Positions 10,930 to 23,000 of a stretch of 64,000 bases of DNA are shown here, piece by piece. The number at the start of each line of letters is the position of its first letter. Positions within the stretch are counted from its first letter, which is position 1. The notes beneath the pieces were generated by a model. That model was given only the letters and a program-made list of their open reading frames with translations. It had not been told where the DNA came from and made no database searches. Both the position numbers and the translations under genes were made by a program. This DNA is from Fimbriosthenelais zetlandica (taxonomy: Eukaryota), in contig OZ365110.1 in NCBI GenBank assembly GCA_977030845.1, positions 19,034,001-19,098,000 on the forward strand, read 5' to 3'.

Positions 10930-13117
10930 AAGTAAAAAGACAAGGCGTCTATTGGGAAAGTCCACATAAAGGTTCCTCCAAATGTGAAAAATCCTGAATG
11001 AGTACTTCGACAGCACAGAGACGCGAGTCCCCTGTACTTGCATATTCCCAGCACCTTACATTCCTACGGATGTCACACACAATTCAGGAAGGAAAATTTC
11101 CCCCCGAAAACGTGGTAAACCCCGATACCCCATAAGAGAGAATGGGTGGAAATGTAGATGGAATTAATTATTGCTAGCATCATATGTGTGGCTGGTGTTG
11201 TGGTTGGTAAAATCTAGTGGAAACAAAGGTCCTATCGGATGTAATTAATCAATTTTTAGATGCCAAAATTATAATTCTTCTGACCATCCTTTCTTCATAA
11301 TGTTAATTTTTTTATAGAAAAAAATAGATCTATAAAGCAACATCCATGACACTTCCATTCCACAGAACTTGCCCCCTTACAACCGCAAACAAATGCACCC
11401 AGACCAGGTGGGATTATTTGTTTCTACCAGACCAAGATATGGACCAAGAGGTCCATGCTCCACTGAGGGGGGACAGCCAGGCCCCCCACAGATTAAACAT
11501 TCCAATGTTAGAATGTTTTCCAATGTTGGAATGTTTTCCTAGTAACATCTCACACGTTAACCGAACTCTTCTCCAAACGATGTATATAAAATCACTCTAT
11601 ACACTTCGCTTCCAGTACTAACTTACACAGTAAAGGCTTCAATAGTCAAATAAGACGGCTCACTAACTTATATACACGTTTAAAATGCCAGCATTTCCAA
11701 AATAAAGTTTCTTGCTAAAATTGAAAATACATGGCTTTGACTGAAAGACTGAAAATTTCATTCTGCTTCAGCAGGGTACGGTACCCACAGAAAAGACAAT
11801 TTAATTCATAGTTTTTCATGACTTTCCAAACCCAAAATTCCCGGGGTTTTGACATGATATTGATTTTCGAAACGTTGCAGAAGCTTTCCATAATCTTGCC
11901 AAAATTAAAGATGATTCTATACCTTTTCAATTACTTTCCATACCACCATTTTTTCCAGGATTTTCTCAAACAGTGGGAACACTGTATCTGACTAAACAAA
12001 ATAAATTCACGTTTAAAATAATCTTAATTCAATCGCGTCTTCTGCATCCTATCGCATGTAATTTTAAGTAAAAAGACAAGGCGTCTATTGGGAAAGTCCA
12101 CGTAAAGGTTCTCCCAAATGTGAAAAAACCTGAATGAGTACTTCGACAGCACAGAGACGCGAGTCCCCTGTACTTGCATATTCCCAGCACCTTACATTCC
12201 TGGGGATGTCACAGTTCAGGAAGGAAAATGTTCTGACTTAGAAAATTTCCCCTTGAAAACGTGGTAAACCCCGATACCCCATAAGAGAGAATGGGTGGAA
12301 ATGTAGATGGAATTAATTATTGCTAGCATCATATGTGTGGCTGGTGTTGTGGTTGGTAAAATCTAGTGGAAACAAAGGTCCTATCGGATGTAGTTCAATT
12401 TTTTTATGTCAAACTGATAATTCTTCTGACCATCCTTTCTTCATTATGTTGATATTTGAGAAAGAATACATCTATAAGGCCATACCCATATGACACTTCC
12501 ATTCCACAGAACTTGCCGCCTTACAACCGCAAACAAATATGCACCCAGACCAGGTGGGATTATTTGTTTCTACCAGACCAAGATATGGACCAAGAGGTCC
12601 ATGCTCCACTGATGGGGGACAGCCAGGCCACCCCACAGATTAAACATTCCAAGTTAGATTGTTTTCCAATGTTGGAATGTTTTCCTAGTATAAACATCTC
12701 ACATGTTAACCGAACTCTTCTCCAAAAATATTACCAGACCAATACACTTCCTTTCCACAGTACAGGGTCCAAAAGTCAAACGATACAACTCGCAAAGCAA
12801 AGTTCCTTGCTAAAATTGAGAATACATGGCTTCGACTTAAAGGAAGATCATATACCTTGTGGAGAATTTCATTCTGCTTCAGCAGGGTTCCTACAGTAAT
12901 CTGAAAATCCAATCTGATAGCTTTTCCATGACTTTCCAAAACCAAAATTCCAGGGGTTTTGCCATGATATTGATTTACCAAAATTTACATATCGATGATT
13001 CCATTTCGATTACTTTCCATAACACCAATCCCATTTTTTCCCAGAATTCTCCAAAAACCATAGGAACACTGTATCTGACTAAACCTAATTCAACCACGTC
13101 TCCTGCATTGTAATTTT
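10930..13117. repeat. Diverged tandem duplication, unit ~1136 bp (copy 1 ~10930-12065, copy 2 ~12066-13117)
   Basis: aagtaaaaagacaaggcgtctattgggaaagtccac starts at both 10930 and 12066; collinear similarity continues to ggaacactgtatctgactaaac in both copies. Confidence 0.9.
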
Positions 13118-13298
13118 CATTCTAGAATAAATGCTTGACGAGATTTTATCAATACCAGGACTAGATATATTGTATCCTAAAATGTAAATATTATAAATAA
13201 TAAAAACTTCCTGCAAAATATTTGAGATAGCTAAGATGTAATATATAGCCGCATATGAATTCTACTAAATCTTCCCTGAATAATTCTTATTGCCTTTA

Positions 13299-13705
13299 CA
13301 GTGGAACCTCACATAGCGGAAAACTCTGTGTAGTGGTCGCCTCACATAACGACCATCTTAGACATGATACCATTTGTACTGTTTCATGTTTAAAAATATC
13401 CCACTCATACATCTATGTATCTACGTAGATGTATATGTATATATGTATCTAAGGCTTTAGTTTTGTCTATGCTGAAATTATGTGGAGAATTGTATGTTGT
13501 TCATTACATTATGTATTCACGATATTTATGATATTACCAAGGTCCTTGATATTACATGTAACTGTAAAAACTGACTTTTGTCAGAATCATTTTGAAATAA
13601 AAAAAGACCACCAAAGCGGCCACATCACACAGCGGCCACCTCACATAACTGTTACAGTCACGCTTGGAACTAAGGGTGACTGTAATAAATAGTGAGGTTC
13701 CACTG
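13299..13705. mobile_element. Non-autonomous Tc1/mariner(pogo)-type MITE, 407 bp
   Basis: 14-bp TIRs cagtggaacctcac / gtgaggttccactg, flanked on both sides by TA (13297-98, 13706-07); no ORF. Confidence 0.8.
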
Positions 13706-14004
13706 TAACTTAAAATCCCAATACAACGTAATGAGGTGGAAAGATACAATCATATGTGCCCGCAGATGAGCAGTGCCAGTACCATAATAAGCCATATAAG
13801 TCTATTATATTACAATTATACACCTGTCAATGCGCTGCCCCACCTCCCCGCAGCACACTGACTGGCACACATTATGGCCCCAGGTCTTTACACAATAGCA
13901 TAAAAAAACCTATTGTTTGCAGGAAAGAATAAGATAATTAGCTGTAGTGCCTACATTTTGGTGACGTACATATTCTAATGACAAAAGGTGAATGAAGTAA
14001 TGAA

Positions 14005-17000
14005 TTAGGCGTGGATGGCGCTGGTGACCGCCCTCACGTTGGAGTTCACTGGATTGTTCAAGTTTAAGATACGTTCTGCAGCAAGTTGGCGTTCAGTCTG
14101 TAGACGCCGGTACTTACAGCGAAAAAATGCCGTGAATATCATAATAGAAATAGCTGTCATTCCACATAGTCCCAGGTTAGCATCTGTAAAATGTGGATAG
14201 ATATATCTTTATTAACACTGAAAAATATTCTTCAGGTAGAAAGTTTCACGCAGACTGAGTATCCAATTCAGAGTGGGCGGGGGCCTATAATATGTATTTT
14301 ATTAATATTTGTAAATGTATAATATGTATCATTATTAATATCGGAAGATGTATTATGGAGTAAGGGAAAATGGGATTAAATGATGCTATGTCATGGAAAT
14401 GGAAACTTACATGTGTAATCCTGAGGTTTTATACCAGACTGCTGGCTGGAGTCACCACAGGTTTGGTACTGTTTGTCTGCAGGACTCAGTGGCCGGGCGA
14501 CTACTTGCGCCAAAATGATAAAAATGATCCCCTGGAGCTGGCTGAAAAAAACAGGATGAATTCAGGTCATAACTAAATTATGTACTTGTACATAAAACAC
14601 ATATATGGATAATGGGCAATAAACCTTATCGGGTGACTGGTAAAACCATCATGCATATACAGCACACGATTCCCAACAAAACGATCTGCATTATTTAATC
14701 GCAAGATCTTATCATTTGGAACTCAAATTGTAAGAGGTCGTTATAAAGTTTGGTAATGCATGTATTTATATCTAAAATGAGCAACGGCAAAGAAAATCAT
14801 ACTAACGAAACTCCTACAAGATTATCACCTCGAGGATGTGTCTATACTCCACGGACCTATCCCTTGAGACTGAGCCACTCAGAAATAAGTAACCTAGTTT
14901 CATAAGATGTAAATCTGTCCACTCTCCTCAGTCAGTCAACTTCCGTGACTAATTTAACCAAGCCACACAAAGTATTTTAGTAGGCCTATGCTTAGAGTAG
15001 GCCCCTTTTACTCTAAGGCCTATGTATTTAGGGCCTACACCGACTAACACTGTGTAGGAACTGGATCTGTTATTTGCGAGGTCGGTGTTAGCACTTGTAT
15101 TTTTAAAACAAATGTACTACTATATTTGTTGTACAGTATCCTTTGGATGACGACAGAAATGCAAGTAAGTTCCTGTCTCCAATCCGATCTGGTAAAGGAC
15201 TCGTCCTGCTTAGGGGCTCTGACTGTTATGTGGGAAGTGGTCTTATCTGACCTATATTGGATTGGACCACAATCAGCCAATGGGGCGCGAGCAAGATCAT
15301 AAATTTTAATGACACTCAGGTAGCAGCGTTGCTCAGTCCTTAGCATGCCATTTTCTATTACACACAGGGGTTACACATAGGCGTTCATGATTTCTTATAT
15401 TGCAAAGTTACAGTTCTATATTGGTCGTTAGATGAACGTGTACTAATGACTTAGATCTAAATGGGCTGTTAAAATCATAAATACGAATTAATACTTTTGA
15501 TGTTAATGTCTATAGAATAATAATGAACATATTCAGTTCTTTTTGTAACAGATTTTGAGGCAGGTCTATCCGGGAAAGGGTGTTCATATTGAGATTGGCC
15601 GCGATACCAATCTATAATACTAACCGCGTTGGTATCCATGGTAACATGGTATATTAACCTTCCTAACATACCGGTACTTCCCTTATATGGGAAATAGAGA
15701 TAGAACTGAATTTGAAAGAGTGGTTTGGTTTTCATTATAGGTTTTCATTAGTGGGGCATAGAGTATGATATCTATAGATCTAATTGTGTAGATCCATGCA
15801 TTAATTTGATTGTATAGCAGCCTATGATATGATTCCTATATACCAAACTGTATCTAAGGGCCAGAGATCTTTTTAAATCTAAGCCAACCCCCCCCCCCCC
15901 CAAAAAAAAAAAAAAAATGTTGTCTTCTAACTTTTAAGCGTTCGGTTTCCAAAATTCTCATTGGCTTAAGGGATAAAGGCATGTAAAATACAATGTATAC
16001 AGACAATTTTCTGGTCTAATCCCGTGTTCACAATTGAATTTTATTACGATAGCGTATAGCCTAGGGGGTAGGCCTAATGTCAAAAGCCACCGCCACCCTG
16101 GAAATAGGGTAGGTTCACCAGGTCAGCCCCTCCCCCATTTCAAAGGATTCAGATAGTACTATTCTATATATATAACAATCCGCTAGAAAGTGTCAATTCA
16201 TTGTATTTAAGTGTACTTGGGTTCAGGATATTTCAATTTCAAAGGAGGCTGGTGCCCGCGGCTGGGACCAATCCTATAATAGTCGCTGTGTTTACACAAT
16301 ATTTGTTGGCAATTTCTTTGGTGACTGTATCTACCCGTAAATATTCTTCGTGTAAATTTAATCTAGTGTCAGTTTCTTGTACTAAAGGGTGGAACTCTCC
16401 TATTTGTGGAGGCGTTATTGTTACTAACTTCCGGTCAATCAACTTCCGGTCATTTGCTTATCTCCCTCCCGCGTGGTTATCTCTGCCTTTTGAACACGCG
16501 CCACCGCCGAGTCAACATCGTCTCAAATATTCCTCTCCATCCACATTCATATACAGTGGTAAATATCTATTACTATTACTGGCATTTCTTCCCTTATGCA
16601 CATTCAAGTCATTTGTCGTTTATCATTAACTAGTTATTCTGTGCTTTTAAAAGTGTGTTTTATATAAGTTTCTTACAACTTGTTCATTCGTTTAAACTTC
16701 AGTTGTACAATTCGGTTGATGAGAAAGCCAAGCAATAAAGAACACCAAAACCATTACAACTAGCTGTCTTGTCGCACGGATTCGTTATAAATGAGCAACA
16801 ATGAGTAAAAACGGACAGGGGGGAATACAGTACAACACTTGAGACACGCATGGAAGCACACTGGAATAACATGGATTCATCCCTGTCACATCCTGACAGG
16901 ACCGCATGGAACGGTGTCAGTACCATGTGACAGATAATCCCAAGCAAATCAAGCAGAGATAAACCCAAGTCATCCTAAGCAAACCAGGTTCTCTCCGCCA

Positions 17001-20000
17001 AGTAAGATATTCCTATATAGCTTCAACCATGTATGAACTCATGTTGAACATTTCTGAAAATTAAAAACACGTGTCAGATAACTTACACACACGGAACTTT
17101 GTATCTATATGTAAGTTATCTTTTACACCAAGGATTTTGTGACGTTAAACTATTTGTACCCACGGAAACTAATCTATGTGCAAACTATCTAAGCTATTTG
17201 CACCCACGGAAACTAATCTATGTGCAAACTATCTAATACACCCAGGATCGTTATATATTGTGTATTGGAGGCTAATCTATGTGCAAACTATCTAAACTTG
17301 CACACACGGAACTTTGTATCTATGTGCAAACTATCTAATACACCCAGGATCATTATATATTGTGTATTGGAAACTACATGCACACAGGTATCATATTTAT
17401 GAATCAACATCATGGCGGAACAAATGAACGCCTCTGTCCATGAGGTAATGGAAAGGGAGGAGGATGCCGTAACTAAAGCAAGGAGTGAACCCGCACCCCA
17501 AACTCAAGAAATCCCACGTCGGTCTAGTCGTGAACGACGCCTAACTGAAAAGGGTAAGGCGTTACGCCATGAGGATTTTGTCACGGCTTGGAGCAGGTTT
17601 GATGAGTGCTATGACCAACTCAAACGAACATTAAAAGACACAAGAACTGGTATTAAAAATGTTCAGGTTAGTGAAGCAGAACTGTCAGATATGGTAGACA
17701 ATGTACAGGCCAGTTTGGCTGCAGTCACTCTTGCCTATGACAAGGTTAAAGCCATTGACGTCCCCTATGGAGAAACACGTAGGAGAATGGACGTTTCTAA
17801 GGCTATTTCTAATGACCTCTTATCAGTCCTAGATGAATTGACAGTCTTTGATGAGTTGAGTGAAGAGGATAAGCGGCAACTCCTCCAACGCCCCCTACTT
17901 CAGGAGTTTGCACGTTCTGTGTATGGCTCAACAGTGTCTCGACTGAACCGTGGTTCTACTCATCTCTCCAGACGCTCCTTACATGAGCAGCAGCTTAGAG
18001 GTTCTGAGCACATCTCTGAGAATCATGAAGTGAACCTCACCATCACACAACTCAGTGGCAACATCAGACCTCCTTCTCCCATCAGTAATAATGCAGGTGA
18101 GCGACAGGTGAATGTGGTTAACGCTCACCAAACATCCCAGAGTTCCCATGGGTCTGTGCACTCTCCCTTACAGACTCAACTTGCTACAGCTCCTGTGAGG
18201 CCCATTGCCACAACCTTACAAACACCTCAGATGCCAGCTCCTGCTCCTCACATGTCAGCTCCTGCCCCCCAGATGCCAGCTCCTGCTCCCCACATGCCTC
18301 CGCCAACTAGCATGTCAGCTCCTGCTCCCCACATGCCTCCGCCAACTAGCATGTCAGCTCCTGCTCCCCACATGCCTCCGCCAACTAGCATGTCAGCTCC
18401 TGCTCCCCACATGCCTCCGCCAACTAGCATGTCAGCTCCTGCTCCCCACATGCCTCCGCCAACTAGCATGTCAGCTCCTGCTCCCCACATGCCTCCGCCA
18501 ACTAGCATGTCAGCTCCTGCTCCCCACATGCCTCCGCCAACTAGCATGTCAGCTCCTGCTCCCCACATGCCTCCGCCAACTAGCATGTCAGCTCCTGCTC
18601 CCAACATGCCTCCGCCAACTAGCATGTCAGCTCCTGCTCCCCACATGCCTCCGCCAACTAGCATGTCAGCTCCTGCTCCCCACATGCCACCGCCAACTAG
18701 CATGTCAATGCCTGGACCTGACATGTCTGTACCTGCACATCACATTTCTGTACCTACATTTCTGTCAGTGCCTACTCCTCACTTGCCAACACCCACAGCT
18801 GCTGCTATGCAAATTAATCCTCTACCTACAAGCTTCCCTCATCCTTCTCATAGCTTCCCATCGCCAGCCCCAAGTCAACTCAGTGTCGAAGCAACAGCAC
18901 TTGCCCAAGTTTTATGTCAAACTGTACAAAGAAACAGACTTCCCTTACCATCACCAGAACCATTCACTGGCGATCCACTGAAATTCATCGAGTTTAAAAC
19001 TGCCTTTAAAACACTGATTGACACTCGCCAAATTCCAGCAGGGGAGAAAATGTTTTATCTGAAGAAGTACTTGAAAGGGGAGGCCCTGGAGGCGGTTTCA
19101 GGCCTCTTCTACTCTTCCACAGAGACAGCCTACCAACTAGCCTGGAGAACACTGGAAGAGCGGTTTGGCAACATGTTTGTCCTACAACAGGCTCACCGTT
19201 CCAAATTGATTAGCTGGCCCAAGGTTCCCCCTAAAGATGCGGCTGCTATAAGAAAATTTGCAGACTATTTAAAAACTTGCTTAGATGCAATGCCGCATAT
19301 ACCAGGCTTGCACATACTTAATGATTGCAGCATCCTATCTCAATTGCTGGAAAAGCTGCCTGAGTGGTGCCACACCAAGTGGAGGAGGACAGCTCTGGAT
19401 TACCGCGACAAGTACCAAGTTTACCCTGGCTTCTCTCAGTTTGTTTGGTTTGTGAGTCATGAGGCAAGAATATTAAACGACCCTGCATTCCCTGCATCTG
19501 TTGGCAGAGAAGTAAAGCAAGACAATCAGGCAAGACAGCATACAAAAAGGGGCAGTACATCACAGCGACCCAGAGGCAGCCAAACCACCTTTAGCACCCG
19601 CAATCAAGAGGCATCTACATCTACTACCCCCCAGCGAGATACTGCCAGCCGACACCCCCCTTGTGCTATGTGCACTAGTCTGGACCACCCAATCTGGAAG
19701 TGTCCAGATTTTACTGAGAAGCCAGTGGAGGAACGTATAAAGACAGTTAAGAGCAAGTCTCTTTGCTTCAGGTGCTTGGGACCCAACCACTCAATCAAAC
19801 GGTGCAGATCACAGCTGAGGTGTACCACATGTAAAAGGAGGCACCACACTACAATCCATACAGATGAACCACAAGAGAACAACATATCAACCAATCAATC
19901 AAGCCGTGACACTCAGGAGACAGTTGTAGAGGCTTCATCCCACAAGGTGGAGGCAGGTAGCCACTCGTCATCCACATCCATGATCGTACCTGTCTGGGTA

Positions 20001-23000
20001 AGATCACAAGGGGGAGGTCAAGAAGAACTCTGCTACGCTCTGCTTGATACACAGTCAGACTGCAGCTATATCACCAGTGACATGGCTCAGAAGTTAAATC
20101 TTCTAGGTACAAATGTGAACCTTAAATTATCCACCCTCGTTTCTACCACCACTGAGAAGTGTGAAAAGTTTGTAAATCTAGTGTTACGAGGATACTACAG
20201 TGAGGTGAAGGTGGAGCTTGACAGCTGTTACAGCCGTCCATGTATACCAGCCAACAGAGACCACATACCATCAACTGAAACCATAGCATCTTACCCTCAT
20301 CTCGCAGCCGTCAAGCCATGTTTGGCTCCACTGCAGGACGTTGATATCTCTCTACTGATTGGTTATGATTGTGCTAAAGCTCTGGCTCCTAGAGAAGTTA
20401 TTACTTCACCAGAGCACTCATCGTTTGCTGTTAGAACCGATCTAGGTTGGTCCATAGTTGGCCATGCTGATGGTGGGAGTTCCAACTCCACCTTTCGTCC
20501 AAGAGTATGCCATAGGACTGTAGCTAGGGAAGCCCCCTGGCCTTCACCAAAGGACGTATTAGCAGTTCTTGAATCAGACTTTACTGAGAATAAGCCGGAC
20601 ACTGTTACTTGCTCAGTCGAAGATCTAAGATTCCTCGATCATGTAAAGAACCATATCACTACAGATGAAGAAGGATATATTCAGATGCCCCTTCCCTTCC
20701 GTGCTCCTCCCCAGATATCAAACAACAAACCAGGCGCACTGGCGCGTCTCCAGCATCTTAAGAAAAAGATGGAAAGGGACAGTTCATACAAGACAAAATA
20801 CACTCAGTTTCTTCAAGAAACCATCGATCATGGCTATGCTGAGGTAGCTCCACCGCTGGAGCCAGAAGGAAAAACCTACTATATCCCTCACCATGGTGTG
20901 TTTCATCCTCAGAAAAAGGAGAAGATCAGAGTTGTGTTTGACTGTAGTACCAAGTCCCATGGAACCTCTCTTAATGACATTCTGCTCAAAGGCCCAGACC
21001 TGATCAATGCCCTCATTGGGATCCTGATCCGTTTCAGGTTGGGTCCTGTTGCATTTATTGGGGATGTGGAGAAGATGTTTCTCCAGTTTAGGGTCCCTGA
21101 AGAAGACAGGGACCTTCTCCGCTTCTTATGGTGGCCCAATGGCGATCTGAATCAAGGCCCCATCGCATATCGAATGAAGGTGCACCTGTTTGGTGCAGCC
21201 AGCAGCCCTGCTTGTGCAAACTATGGCCTTAAACATCTAGCGACCAGCAAGCAAGAGTTGTTTCCAAAGGGCTCCCATTTCCTGCTAAGAAATACATATG
21301 TAGACGATGCCATACAGTCAGTAATGACTGCAGACCAAGCTATCGAGGTTATCAGGGAAGCTAGGGAGCTGTGTGCTACTGCCAACATCCGCCTGCACAA
21401 ATTTGTGTCAAATTGTCCAAGAGTGATGGAAAGCATACCACCAAGTGAGAGAGCACCCATACCGACTAGCATCAGTCTGAATGGGGATCCAGAACTAGTG
21501 GAAAAGACACTTGGTATACAGTGGAAGGTCAGTCAAGATTGTTTTGCCTTTGCAGTAACACCAAAAGAAGCTCCAGCTAGCAGACGAGGTGTGTTGGCTA
21601 CAGTTGCCAGCATATACGATCCCCTGGGCTTCATCGCTCCTGTTATACTTCAAGGGAAAATAATCCTTCAAGCATTGTGCATTACAGGCTCTGGTTGGGA
21701 CGACACATTGACTCCTGAACTCCAGTCACGGTGGGAGCAGTGGAAACATGCACTAAAGACTCTGTGTGAAATTAACATCCCTAGATGCATCCGTCCAGCA
21801 GCCCCTCCAGAAGCCAGATATGAGCTCCATACCTTCTCTGATGCTTCCAGCCATGGGTATGGTGTATGCTCCTATCTACGTGTAGTTGTTCCTGGACAAG
21901 AAACCAATTGCAACCTTGTTTTAGCCAAAGCCCGTGTTGCTCCAAAAAGGTATGTCAGCATCCCCCGTCTGGAACTATCAGCAGCAACTACTGCTGTTAA
22001 AATATGTAGGGTTGTGCTGGGTGAGTTAGACTTGGGCGACATCGAAGTTCATTACTGGACAGACTCCAAGGTTGTGCTTGCCTATCTCCAGAATGAAACA
22101 AGGAGATTCCATGTATTTGTAGCCAACAGGCTTCAGTGTATCAGGGACAACTCTAACTTGGATCAGTGGCACTATGTGCCGACTCAGCAAAACCCAGCTG
22201 ACATGGCTTCAAGGGGATGCAATCCCACCACTCTAAAGAATTCATGCTGGTTTGAAGGGCCTGAATTCTTACAGCAGGATGTATTGCCAGATTTCAACAC
22301 CACTCTTCCCAACCTGGTGGGAGATCCTGAAGTAAAGGCATCAGTGATGACAGCTGATGCTACTGAAGAAAGAAAGTCCTTGCTGGAACGTTTGGAACGT
22401 TTCTCCAGCTGGACCATAGCCATACAAGCCATCGCAAGACTTCGACGTGTGCTGAAATCACGCCAACCACTTACTGTAGAGTACCAGCAAGCTGAGGTAG
22501 TAGTACTTAAGATGCTTCAAGACCAGTACTACAAAAGCATACTAAAATCGCTCTCCAGTAAGGCCCCCACATCAGTACCAAGCAACGATCCTCTCTTCAA
22601 CCTGAATCCAGTACTCAACAAGGACGGGCTCTTGTGTGTTGGTGGTCGGTTACAAAACGCTGATCAGCTTGAAAGTGTTAAAAGTCCCAAAATCTTGCCA
22701 AAGCATGCCCATGTTACAAAGCTCATCGTCCTACACATCCATGGCAAGATCCATCATGCTGGCAAAGGCCAAACACTGGCGGCCTTAAGAGAAGCAGGAT
22801 ATTGGGTGACAGGTGGATCCAAATATGTGGCAGATCTAATCAAGAACTGTGTAAACTGCCATAAAATACGACGCCCATGTGAGGAGCAAAAGATGGCAGA
22901 TCTGCCTAGTGAACGTGTTAATCCTTCACCTCCCTTCCTCTATACAGGTATTGATGTCTTTGGTCCATTCATTGTACGCCGAGCACGTTCCCAAATCAAA

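Noticed and set aside
11346-12899. Paralogous-looking small ORFs with QTRWDYLFLPDQDMDQEVHAPL
   Set aside because: They lie inside the 1.1-kb tandem duplication, differ by frameshifts and show no recognisable domain.
16201-16968. Short ORFs duplicated at 16201-16968 and 24323-24838
   Set aside because: They are translations of the identical LTR sequence, not genes.
18205-18981. 258-aa (LLLPTCLRQLACQ)n and antisense 158-aa (DMLVGGGMWGAGA)n ORFs
   Set aside because: Alternative-frame readings of the 39-bp gag minisatellite, which lacks stops in those frames.
20029-20070. Protease active site DTQS instead of DTGS as a sign of inactivation
   Set aside because: From memory, LLDTQSD is a common variant in this BEL subclade, so it is not evidence of decay.
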